Source: Bacteroidota bacterium (GTDB taxonomy: Bacteria; Bacteroidota; Bacteroidia; NS11-12g; UBA955). Taken from it: a stretch of 64,000 bases of DNA. The notes beneath the pieces are model-generated. The model had not been told where the DNA came from. It made no database searches and saw only the letters and a list, made by a program, of their open reading frames with translations. This document shows positions 46,810 to 55,756 of the stretch, in pieces. Location: NCBI GenBank assembly GCA_018333525.1, contig JAGXTF010000076.1:57424-121423 (forward strand). Direction: 5' to 3'. Numbering within the stretch: position 1 is the first letter of the stretch; the number at the start of each line of letters is the position of its first letter. The translations under genes and the position numbers were made by a program.

Positions 46810-48593
46810 ACGCAATCCCAATTTGCGGATGACTTCTTCCAGATCCGGATTTTTTTTGATCATATAATCTAATTTTTCCTTGTCTGTGTAAGGTCTGCGT
46901 TCCTGTTCCTTAACCTCTCCTGCCACTATTCTCAAACTGGTAAGTTTACCACCTGAAATATCCGTGATAAATCGGTTGAAGGGAAATCTAACAGCCTCTA
47001 AAACCTCCATTTTCGATGCCGCAATAGTTACAACTACTTCATTTCCTTCTCTCACCGGGCGCATCATTTTCATCAAACTTGCAGTTTTCACAGACTGGGT
47101 TTCTACAAATTGATTCCACCAGGAAATCAACTCGCTTTCACCAACACTATTTGCCCATTCGGAATTGGTTTCTGAAAGCACTGCATTTTCAGGAGGTTCA
47201 TTTAATCCCAATTCACCCTGTGTATCGGAATTCTCGGGATTATCTTCAGAATTGGAAATTTCTTCTTTTACAGGATTTATTCCTTTTGCATCTTCGCCAC
47301 CGGCGTTTTTACCGGCTTCGTCATTGTCTTTTTTTCTGGAATCTTCTCTTTGTTGTTTGAATGCTTCAAACCCGGAAAGTCCAACTCTGGTATTTTCGAG
47401 TTTTTCTATATGTACAGGAGCTGCCGGGGCATTGGAATGTTTAATTTCCGCGGCTACAGGCGGAGATTTTTTCAGTTCAGAAATTTTTTTTTTAATTCCT
47501 CGATATCTCCGATTCCAGTTAGGTAACTGTTTAAATGAGCCAGCTTCATGAGACATAATTCCACCAATAAACGTGGATTCCGCGAAGCTTTGTATCGCTC
47601 ATCACATTCGTTTACCATGTTTAGTGCATTGAGTATAAACGAAAATGAAAGGGAAGCGGATTGTTGTTTGTATTTTTCAATGAATGCACCGCCCACTTCC
47701 AGCAAAATTTCTGTTTTTACATCTTTGCATACTGCCAGATTTCGCAAATGTTCCGCGAGCCCGCCTATGAAAGAACTGCCATCAAATCCCTTGCGGATAA
47801 TATCGTCAAAAATGATCAGACATTTGGCTACATCTCCATTTCTGATATTGTCCAGAATTTCAAAAAATGTTTCGTGATCCAGTACATTTAGAATTTCAAC
47901 CGCTTTTTCATACGTGAGATTGCCCTCGGTAAAACTCACCAGCTGATCGAATATGCTCAACGCGTCCCTTAAGCCCCCATCTGCTTTTCTCGAAATCAAA
48001 TGCAATGCATTTTCATCTGCTTCAACCCCTTCTTTATTCGCAATTTCCCTCAGGTGGCTTACCATATCCTTTACTTCAATACGGTTAAAATTAAACACCT
48101 GACATCGGCTGAGAATGGTTGGCAGAATTTTGTGCTTTTCCGTGGTAGCCAGAATAAAAATGGCGTATGGAGGAGGTTCTTCCAGTGTTTTCAGAAATGC
48201 ATTGAATGCTGAGGTACTCAGCATATGCACCTCATCAATAATATACACTTTGTATTTTCCAACCTGTGGTGGAATTCGCACCTGATCAATTAAATGGCGT
48301 ATATCATCTACGCTGTTGTTGCTGGCTGCATCCAGTTCAAAAATATTGAATGCAAAATCCTGATTGGGATCCACACCTTCTTCCCTGCTATTGATTACTT
48401 TGGCAAGGATTCTGGCGCAGGTGGTTTTCCCTACTCCTCTTGGACCGGTAAATAAAAATGCCTGTGCAAGTTTGTTGGATTCAATTTCATGCATCAGCGT
48501 TTCCGCAACATGCTTCTGACCCACTACCGTATCAAAAGTAGTTGGTCTGTATTTGCGTGCTGAAACAATGAAATTATCCATTACGGGCTGCAA
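46801..48593 (-). CDS. dnaX: DNA polymerase III subunits gamma/tau. The zero frame stops after 373 aa (gamma-like), and full-length tau needs a -1 shift at an A10 run.
   Basis: Walker A 'FTGPRGVGKTTCARIL', Walker B 'IIDEVHMLS' and sensor 'LSRCQVF'. The zero frame ends '...GDIEELKKKFLN*' at 47472. The -1 frame is open from 47609 through the A10 run (47484-47493 on +, T10) and continues for 230 aa to 46801. Confidence 0.75.
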
Positions 48594-48650
48594 ATTAAAT
48601 CCGTGTTAGACCTGCTGGCAAGAAATGTGAATAAAAGTTAAAGACAAAAA

Positions 48651-48676
48651 AAAATGCCCGAGAATTCAGGCATTTT
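48651..48676 (-). terminator. Rho-independent terminator for the membrane-protein gene 48699..49073.
   Basis: On the - strand: AAAATGCC-tgaattctcg-GGCATTTT followed by a T9 tract (rc of A9 at 48646-48654). An 8-bp stem. Confidence 0.5.
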
Positions 48677-48698
48677 CTTGTAGAAATTAAAATAATTT

Positions 48699-49073
48699 TT
48701 ATGCTTCTGATTTTTTCATCCCCAGAACAAGCGCTGCGGCCCCCATTCCAATAGCGCACCAGGCGCCGTTGGCAATACCGCCGGTAATCACTTTCATTGC
48801 GTCATCGGCTTCTTTGCCATCAATGAAAATCATTGCCAACCCCCATAGCAATCCAATAATAAATCCATTGAGCAATCCTTTCATCAATGTGGTTGTTCCC
48901 ATTGAATTTGCCAGCCATGCAATTAAGGCGCCTATAAAAACGTGCCCTAAAGCAATCATGCCCATACTCATGCCTTCAGATTCGGATTTCAGAATGATTC
49001 CCCAGATTAACCATCCGCCCAGAAACATAGCAACCATGGCTACGATTGCAGCTAATAATAGTCTTGTATTCAT
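48699..49073 (-). CDS. Small hypothetical integral membrane protein (4 TM, Gly-rich).
   Basis: Hydrophobic helices 'LLLAAIVAMVAMFLGGWLIWGIIL', 'IGALIAWLANSMG' and others. Confidence 0.4.
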   Translation of the reverse strand: MNTRLLLAAIVAMVAMFLGGWLIWGIILKSESEGMSMGMIALGHVFIGALIAWLANSMGTTTLMKGLLNGFIIGLLWGLAMIFIDGKEADDAMKVITGGIANGAWCAIGMGAAALVLGMKKSEA

Positions 49074-49247
49074 GTTATTTTTGAATTGGTGAATCTCGAA
49101 AATACCAAATAAGGTCTATTTTAAAAGTAAATACACGATATAGAAACCAACGGGATATACACAATTGCACATACTGTACTCATAACTTATTGAATACAAG
49201 CATTTTGAAAATAAGGACAGTTTGTTTTAATTGCTGCCAGAAGGGAT

Positions 49248-49255
49248 TATTTTTG
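49248..49255 (+). promoter_or_regulatory. Candidate -7 element TAnnTTTG upstream of the lipoprotein gene.
   Basis: 'TATTTTTG' lies 4 nt upstream of the ATG at 49260. A TTG sits 14 nt upstream, which is suboptimal spacing. Confidence 0.2.
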
Positions 49256-49259
49256 AAAA

Positions 49260-49916
49260 ATGAAAACACTAATTCTGGGTTTTTTGGCTATCGCCATGTT
49301 ATTTGTTGCAACATCTTGCGGAAATTATGTGTACAGGCACACTGCATTGCGAACTCCGATGCTCGAGAAAAAAAATGACATCAATGCCCAAATTAATGTT
49401 GCTGGCGCAGGAACTGAGTTTTATGGGGCATGGTCGCCAATCAATAACCTGGCATTTTCAGTGGGATATGCAGTAGCTGCAGATACTTCCGGAGGTGAAA
49501 CCAGAAGACATGAAGACTTGGAATTCTGTGTGATTCCCTACTATGCTGATAAAATCTTACGATTGGAAATGCCCATGGGATATGCGATGAAAAACACCAA
49601 TATGCCATATGGAGATTATGCGAGAATGTTTTTCCAGCCTTCTGTCGGTGCCTCATGGGATGTTTTTGACATCGCCTTTATTACCCGTTATACCTATATT
49701 CAGTATGCCTATAGTCCTTATAAAACAGACAATCGTTTTGAGGGAGGACTCATGATGAGGGCAGGGTATAAATATGTAAAAGTCATGCTTCAATTTACCA
49801 TTTCCGATGGTAGCAGAAATTCACAAATGGTAGATTATTGGCCATTTCATATTGGTTTTGGTTTGAATTTCAAATTCAATACTTCCGACCTAAGTCGCAA
49901 TAAACCTGTGAATTAG
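49260..49916 (+). CDS. Hypothetical lipoprotein.
   Basis: Signal peptide plus lipobox 'LFVATSCGN'. Confidence 0.45.
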   Translation: MKTLILGFLAIAMLFVATSCGNYVYRHTALRTPMLEKKNDINAQINVAGAGTEFYGAWSPINNLAFSVGYAVAADTSGGETRRHEDLEFCVIPYYADKILRLEMPMGYAMKNTNMPYGDYARMFFQPSVGASWDVFDIAFITRYTYIQYAYSPYKTDNRFEGGLMMRAGYKYVKVMLQFTISDGSRNSQMVDYWPFHIGFGLNFKFNTSDLSRNKPVN

Positions 49917-50019
49917 AAATTTTCTTATAAAATATTCTTACTACCAACTTTAAATGATGCACTCAGTTTTTGGGTTTCGCCATTTTCTCGTTTAAATTAT
50001 CTTAATTCGCAACACGATT

Positions 50020-50571
50020 ATGCATATAGGGGAGCGGCTATTTGATTTTAATCTGAAAAGTACCTCCGGTGAATTCGTATCTAATTATGATTTCGCCGAC
50101 AAGTATTCTTTCTTAATTGTTGTCACCTGCAACCATTGTAAATATTCACGGGCGTACTGGAACAGACTGAAAAAACTCATGGCGGATTATGAAGAAGACA
50201 ATCTGGGAATTATTGCCATTTGCGGTAATGACGCAAAAGCATATCCACAGGATAGTTTCGAAGAAATGGTTCAGGCCGCAAAAACGCTAAAATTGCCATT
50301 CCCATATTTGCACGATCCGGATCAGAGTGTGATGCTCAAATTAGGAGCTTTAAGAACTCCTGAAGTCTTTTTATTCAATAGCCAAAGAGAACTGGTTTAT
50401 AAAGGAGCTATTGATGACAATTGGGAAAACGAAAATGCTGTAATGAGTGTTCATCTGCTGGATGCAATTGAATATTCTTTGGACGGTTTAGAAGTAGATT
50501 ATCCGGAAGTTCCGGCAGTTGGTTGCACGATAAAATGGTTACCGGGCAATGAACCCGCTGTAAGCGAATGA
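50020..50571 (+). CDS. Thioredoxin-fold thiol-disulfide oxidoreductase (redoxin/TlpA-like).
   Basis: CxxC active site 'VVTCNHCKYS' in a thioredoxin-like context. Confidence 0.6.
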   Translation: MHIGERLFDFNLKSTSGEFVSNYDFADKYSFLIVVTCNHCKYSRAYWNRLKKLMADYEEDNLGIIAICGNDAKAYPQDSFEEMVQAAKTLKLPFPYLHDPDQSVMLKLGALRTPEVFLFNSQRELVYKGAIDDNWENENAVMSVHLLDAIEYSLDGLEVDYPEVPAVGCTIKWLPGNEPAVSE

Positions 50572-51371
50572 AGAAAGTAGTTTTGATTACCGGCGCCAGC
50601 AGCGGAATAGGTAGGTCACTGGCGCTACAAGCTGCAAAAAAAGGATACGATCTCGCCATTATTGCACGCAATGAAAACAATTTAAATGCCGTAGCTGCAG
50701 CATGCAGAGCTTTAGGCGCCAAAGTTAGTGTTACAGTTGGTGACGTTTCCATTTATTCGGATTGTGAAAGGTTTATTCAAACTGCACTACATGAATTTGG
50801 TGCTTTTCACATTTTAATAAACAATGCAGGCTTGAGCATGCGTGCCGTTTTTAGTGAAACGGATATTAAAGTAATTGAAACATTGATGGCGGTGAATTTT
50901 TGGGGAACTATTTATTGTACCCGGTTGGCTATGGAAGAATTATTAAAACACAATGGTTCAGTTGTTGGAATTTCTTCGGTTGCAGGATTTAAAGGCTTGC
51001 CGGGCAGAACCGGTTATAGTGCCTCTAAATTTGCAATGAATGGTTTTTTGGAAAGTTTACGAACGGAAAATTTACATACCGGCCTGCATGTGTTAATTGC
51101 CAGTCCGGGATATACCAAAAGTAATATCCGAAAGACTGCATTAAATGCGCATGGAGAAGCTCAGGAAGAAACACCACTGCATGAAGACAAACTGATGCAC
51201 CCCGATGTAGTTGCCAGATTAATCTGGAAGGCAATTGAAAAAAGAAGGAAATATTTGATCATGACTCCGTTGGGCAAGGCATTTCTTTTCGTAAATAAAA
51301 TATGGCCCAGACTGGCAGATTACCTCGCTTTCAACTTTATTCGTAAAGAACCCGGATCCCCATTTCATTAA
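50568..51371 (+). CDS. SDR-family oxidoreductase.
   Basis: 'VLITGASSGIGRSLA' and 'YSASK'. ATGA overlap with the upstream redoxin gene. Confidence 0.85.
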   Translation: MKKVVLITGASSGIGRSLALQAAKKGYDLAIIARNENNLNAVAAACRALGAKVSVTVGDVSIYSDCERFIQTALHEFGAFHILINNAGLSMRAVFSETDIKVIETLMAVNFWGTIYCTRLAMEELLKHNGSVVGISSVAGFKGLPGRTGYSASKFAMNGFLESLRTENLHTGLHVLIASPGYTKSNIRKTALNAHGEAQEETPLHEDKLMHPDVVARLIWKAIEKRRKYLIMTPLGKAFLFVNKIWPRLADYLAFNFIRKEPGSPFH

Positions 51372-51439
51372 GTTGAATTCCAATTAACATTTGTTATAAT
51401 TTTGGGTAGCTAACAGAAGCTATTATTATTGCATATAAT

Positions 51440-51928
51440 ATGGATACACATATCGAAAATCTGATGCCCAAACCCGATCCTTTGAAATTCATCAAAGTAC
51501 TTACTATACTTACTTTTATTGGATGTGCTTATGTGGGCTACAACTCCTTTCAGGGATATTTCAATTCTGAGAAGTTGCTCAGCGACATGGAAAAGGGAAT
51601 GATGAAAATGGAAGATGCCGGACAAGGAGGTATGTTCATGAATGCAATGAAAGAAACATATCAGGCAATGAAAATCAGAGATGAAAACAAAACCCTGTTT
51701 TTTATTGTAGAAATGTTGGGGATAGGACTCTGTTTGTATGGAGCCATTATGATGCGGCAAGCAAAAGCACTCGGGTATTATCTCTGGATGACAGGGGAAA
51801 TAGTACCCATTTTACTCACCTTCATTTTAATTGGAGGCCCGGCATTTAATATTATGTTTTATTTTGGAATGATAATCCCATTCGCATTTATCATTATGTA
51901 TACCACGCAATTGAAAAAATTGCAATAG
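51440..51928 (+). CDS. Hypothetical membrane protein (162 aa).
   Basis: Four predicted TM helices and no motifs. Confidence 0.35.
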   Translation: MDTHIENLMPKPDPLKFIKVLTILTFIGCAYVGYNSFQGYFNSEKLLSDMEKGMMKMEDAGQGGMFMNAMKETYQAMKIRDENKTLFFIVEMLGIGLCLYGAIMMRQAKALGYYLWMTGEIVPILLTFILIGGPAFNIMFYFGMIIPFAFIIMYTTQLKKLQ

Positions 51929-51935
51929 CATTTTC

Positions 51936-52499
51936 ATGCAATTTAATTTACAAGAAATCATTACTGTAACATTTACCCTGTTTGCGGTAATTGATATGTT
52001 GGGATCAGTACCCGTTGTTGTTTCCCTTAAAAAGAAAATTCCGAATATCAGCAGTTGGAAAGTTACACTTGCCTCTGCAGTATTTATGGTTACTTTTTTA
52101 TTTGCGGGTGAGTATTTTTTGCATTTTCTGGGTCTGGACAAACAATCCTTTGCACTTGCGGGGAGTATTGTAATGTTTATACTCGGTCTTGAAATGGTTT
52201 TGGGTATTGATATTTTTCGCACAGATCCCAATGTTCCCAGTGGTAGTGTAGTTCCCATTGCTTTTCCGATTATCGCCGGTTCCGGAACACTTACAACAAT
52301 TTTATCCTTAAAAGCAATCTATTCCGAAATGGAAATTCTTGCAGGAATTATCATCAATTTGGTTGTAATTTATATAGTAATGGCGTCCACCGGATTTCTG
52401 GAAAGGAAGATTGGACAAAGCGGAATGCTCACCATCAGAAAGTTTTTTGGAATTATATTATTGGCAATTGCAGTGAAAATATTTAAAGCGAATATTTAG
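51936..52499 (+). CDS. MarC-family (UPF0056) integral membrane protein.
   Basis: 'TFTLFAVIDMLGSVPVV' is a MarC-type N-terminus, with six TM segments. Confidence 0.65.
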   Translation: MQFNLQEIITVTFTLFAVIDMLGSVPVVVSLKKKIPNISSWKVTLASAVFMVTFLFAGEYFLHFLGLDKQSFALAGSIVMFILGLEMVLGIDIFRTDPNVPSGSVVPIAFPIIAGSGTLTTILSLKAIYSEMEILAGIIINLVVIYIVMASTGFLERKIGQSGMLTIRKFFGIILLAIAVKIFKANI

Positions 52500-52508
52500 C
52501 AATTTTAT

Positions 52509-53678
52509 ATGCTAAGAAATTTAATTTTCATATCATTCATCACATTATTCACAGTATTTGATGCCTCTGCGCAGAAAATAGATGGCACTTATCTATTCGA
52601 CAAGGATTCATTTGTGATGCGTAAACTACCTCATTATATACCTGTTTTTCACTGCAGAGAGAAATGCCAAGGGGGATTGTGTATAATCGAGGGCAAAAAT
52701 GATCGTGGTTTATACATTGAAGGAATCATTGATACCAATGGAATCATACTTTTGGAACCTAAGGAAGTGTCATACGATCTTATTGGTACACCAAATAATG
52801 TGTATGTAAAGTATAGCAATCATGTTTATCATGAAGATCATGAATACGATATTGTCATTTTCAACAAAAACTTGGATACTTTACTTATTCTAAAAGATAA
52901 CTTTCCAAGGTATATATCTACTCAAAAATATGGAGAATTGTTTTTTATACCAGAAAAGACAATTTCAAAATATCAAATTCAAGGGACATTTTTATCCATC
53001 AAAGACACAGTTGTAACCACCATCTATGGAAATGAAGTTTTTTATACCTATAAACCATTTAATAAGTATAAACCATATAATAAGAACTACTATTTTCCTC
53101 AAAATCTACTAGTCAGAAAAAATAACGATGGATCGTTGCTGTTTCTCAATATGAATTTGGATACGATATTTCAGAACAAGCGTATAGTTGAATTACTGCC
53201 AACCCTTGACGCTCATTTCATTGAAAAAAAAGATGGACATTTTGAACTTTCCTCATGCTTGGATCCAAATTTTGTATTAGATACTTTTACTTCATTTAAA
53301 ATAAAAAGTTATGAGAATACAATGGTTACTATCAATAAGGATAAAGTAGGAGCATATTTAGTAAAATGGACAGGTAAATATCCTCATAACGGAAGCTACA
53401 AAGAACATCCGTTATTAATTTCTATCCCATGTACGTTTGATAGTATACAATATTATGTAGAAAATTATGATGATTACTTTAATGTCTTTAAAAAAGATAG
53501 TGTATTTACATATTTTATCAATGGGATAGGCGAGCCTCCTAATTATGAAATGCCTTGGTTATATGCTAATATCATACGTAAAGATGGATCTTACAAGCAA
53601 ATTGGGGTTTTGAATCAATGGCTCAGTGATATTGAATATAATAACAAAACAAGAACCAAGAACGAAAGAAAAAAATAA
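52509..53678 (+). CDS. Hypothetical secreted protein.
   Basis: Signal peptide 'MLRNLIFISFITLFTVFDASAQ' and no recognisable catalytic motifs. Confidence 0.4.
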   Translation: MLRNLIFISFITLFTVFDASAQKIDGTYLFDKDSFVMRKLPHYIPVFHCREKCQGGLCIIEGKNDRGLYIEGIIDTNGIILLEPKEVSYDLIGTPNNVYVKYSNHVYHEDHEYDIVIFNKNLDTLLILKDNFPRYISTQKYGELFFIPEKTISKYQIQGTFLSIKDTVVTTIYGNEVFYTYKPFNKYKPYNKNYYFPQNLLVRKNNDGSLLFLNMNLDTIFQNKRIVELLPTLDAHFIEKKDGHFELSSCLDPNFVLDTFTSFKIKSYENTMVTINKDKVGAYLVKWTGKYPHNGSYKEHPLLISIPCTFDSIQYYVENYDDYFNVFKKDSVFTYFINGIGEPPNYEMPWLYANIIRKDGSYKQIGVLNQWLSDIEYNNKTRTKNERKK

Positions 53679-53826
53679 TTAGCAACAACACTCTTAGGTC
53701 ACAGTAAATGGCTATCGGTGGTTAGTCTGTAGTCAGTAACAGAAGATCGTTGAGATGAGCTGAAAGGTCCGGATGTTAATCGTCAGTAAGCCTGAAATAA
53801 ATTCGTAAAAATAGTGTACAAGCATT

Positions 53827-54900
53827 TTAATTACGGTATATTTTCATCAGGTGTTTAGCGATATGGTTTCGCTCTATTTCTTTTAATATTTCGGGATTTG
53901 AAGATTTGAGAAAAATACTGTGCTCGGATTGTGTGAGTCTCAAAAGCGCATCTGCCATTTCCCGAAATTTATTGGGATGAAAATAAAATGCCGCATCTCC
54001 CGCCAATTCTCTGAAAACGGGAATATCGGAAACTGCCATTGGCAAGCCACAAACCGCGGCCTCCGCCAGTGGAATTCCAAAACCTTCAAATAAAGACGGA
54101 TAAACAAATGCAGAGGCATGCTTCATCAAATGCATCAAATCTCGGGTTTCCGGATCTGTAATTACCCGAATTCGGGTCCCTAATTTTTCATGATCCACGA
54201 ATTTTTTCACCTCATCCAATGTATTTCCGCTCGCTCCTACCAAATACAAATTCCAGTCGCATAAATTCTGAATCGCGGCAAATGCTTCAATTAAAGTTCC
54301 ATGATTTTTTCTGTGTGAGAAACCCGAAACATAAATAAAATAAGGGCTTTCCTCCAATGATTTTTTAGGAATAGTATCATAAAATATTTGCTGAACCGGC
54401 TGGTAAACCACTTCGCATTTGCCGGAAAAGGAAGGATAATAATTCTGAATATCTGCGGCAGTTGCATGGCTGGTAGCCACTACAACATCCGCATTTCGCA
54501 AAGCATTTTTTGTTTTCCAGTTGTAAATCAAACGGTCGGTTAGGGGATAAAATCCGGGATACCTTTTAAAGATCACATCGTGAATGGTTACTACAGAGCG
54601 AATTCCGTATTTCTTTAGCCCCGTTGGCAATTCATTACTCAATCCATGAAACACATCAATCTTTTGCGCTGCAGCAGTTTTTGCCATTCCAAAAACCCGC
54701 CAGAATAATCCTTTTTTTTTCGGTGTAAAAACACTGAGATTTTTGAATTCGACGAAAGGCTTATTTTCAGTTTCACTGAATAATACAAATTCATCATCCG
54801 GAAATTGCGCAGCTAAGGCATGAACTATTTCCCGACTGTAATTTCCTAGGCCAGTTTTGTTGTTAAAATATCTTTTGCCATCAAAACCGACGCGCATCAC
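53827..54900 (-). CDS. Glycosyltransferase family 4 (GT-B).
   Basis: EX7E-type motif 'FEGFGIPLAEAAVCGLPMAVSD'. Confidence 0.8.
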   Translation of the reverse strand: MMRVGFDGKRYFNNKTGLGNYSREIVHALAAQFPDDEFVLFSETENKPFVEFKNLSVFTPKKKGLFWRVFGMAKTAAAQKIDVFHGLSNELPTGLKKYGIRSVVTIHDVIFKRYPGFYPLTDRLIYNWKTKNALRNADVVVATSHATAADIQNYYPSFSGKCEVVYQPVQQIFYDTIPKKSLEESPYFIYVSGFSHRKNHGTLIEAFAAIQNLCDWNLYLVGASGNTLDEVKKFVDHEKLGTRIRVITDPETRDLMHLMKHASAFVYPSLFEGFGIPLAEAAVCGLPMAVSDIPVFRELAGDAAFYFHPNKFREMADALLRLTQSEHSIFLKSSNPEILKEIERNHIAKHLMKIYRN

Positions 54901-55709
54901 ACAGAAACATTAAAATCACGCAGGGCATCATTCAATGAAGTTTTGGTATCCGTAGAAGGTTTGCGTTTGCCAATAATGAGTGCGCAGGGTACATAGAATT
55001 CACCACCGGTAAAAGCTTTTTTCATACTTCCTGGAATTACCACACTTTGCGGGGGGATATAACCTCTGGGAAGTTCATTTCCGGTTTCTGCATCCATAAT
55101 TTTGGTACTCATGGTAAGAGTAACTCCTGCACCCAATACAGCCTGTTTTCCAACCCTTACTCCTTCCACCACAATGCAGCGGGAACCAACAAAACAATCA
55201 TCTTCAATGATTACAGGTGCAGCCTGAACGGGCTCTAAAACGCCACCAATTCCTACCCCACCGCTCAAATGAACATTTTTCCCAATTTGTGCGCAGCTTC
55301 CAACCGTTGCCCATGTATCCACCATGGTGCCTGAATCCACATAAGCGCCAATATTTACATAAGAAGGCATTAGTATCACGCCCGGGGCAATAAAAGCACC
55401 ATAGCGTGCAACGGCATGCGGTACTACGCGAATTCCGAGTTGCTCATAACCTGATTTCAATCTCATTTTATCATAAAACTCCATGGGCCCCGCATTGCTG
55501 GTGCTCATTTGTCTGGTTGGGAAATATAGAATTACAGCTTGTTTTACCCAATCATTCACTTTCCAGGCATCGCCTTCCGGTTGGGCAGTTCGCAAACGCC
55601 CTTTATCCACCTCTTCTATCACCCATTCGATGCAATCGAGGGTTTCTTTTTCCTTCAATAACTCCCGGTTTTCCCAGGCTGCGCGTATGATTGCTTCTTC
55701 TTTTTGCAT
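54897..55709 (-). CDS. dapD: 2,3,4,5-tetrahydropyridine-2,6-dicarboxylate N-succinyltransferase.
   Basis: DapD-type N-terminus 'AWENRELL...GDAWKVNDWVKQAVILYF'. Hexapeptide repeats 'VGSCAQIGKNVHLSGGVGIGGVLEP'. Confidence 0.8.
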   Translation of the reverse strand: MQKEEAIIRAAWENRELLKEKETLDCIEWVIEEVDKGRLRTAQPEGDAWKVNDWVKQAVILYFPTRQMSTSNAGPMEFYDKMRLKSGYEQLGIRVVPHAVARYGAFIAPGVILMPSYVNIGAYVDSGTMVDTWATVGSCAQIGKNVHLSGGVGIGGVLEPVQAAPVIIEDDCFVGSRCIVVEGVRVGKQAVLGAGVTLTMSTKIMDAETGNELPRGYIPPQSVVIPGSMKKAFTGGEFYVPCALIIGKRKPSTDTKTSLNDALRDFNVSV

Positions 55710-55756
55710 TCTCTGAAATTGGTGGCAAATTTGCAGTGCGTATTCCGTAGAAAAAA

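Noticed and set aside
47484-47493. Dismissing the dnaX A10 shift as purely a sequencing error.
   Set aside because: This cannot be decided from the sequence alone. The homopolymer sits exactly where dnaX recoding occurs in other bacteria, so it is reported as a finding with both explanations rather than silently corrected.
46801-47556. An independent 251-aa gene downstream of dnaX.
   Set aside because: Its frame is the -1 frame of dnaX, open through the A10 run. The product looks like the tau C-terminal linker plus domain, and a gamma-sized dnaX alone would be incomplete. It is treated as the second part of dnaX.
53679-53826. Possible tRNA/ncRNA in the 148-bp gap between the secreted protein and the GT4 gene.
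   Set aside because: No cloverleaf-compatible acceptor / T-arm (GTTCNANNC) pattern or strong hairpin was found by eye. This cannot be confirmed without tRNAscan or Infernal.
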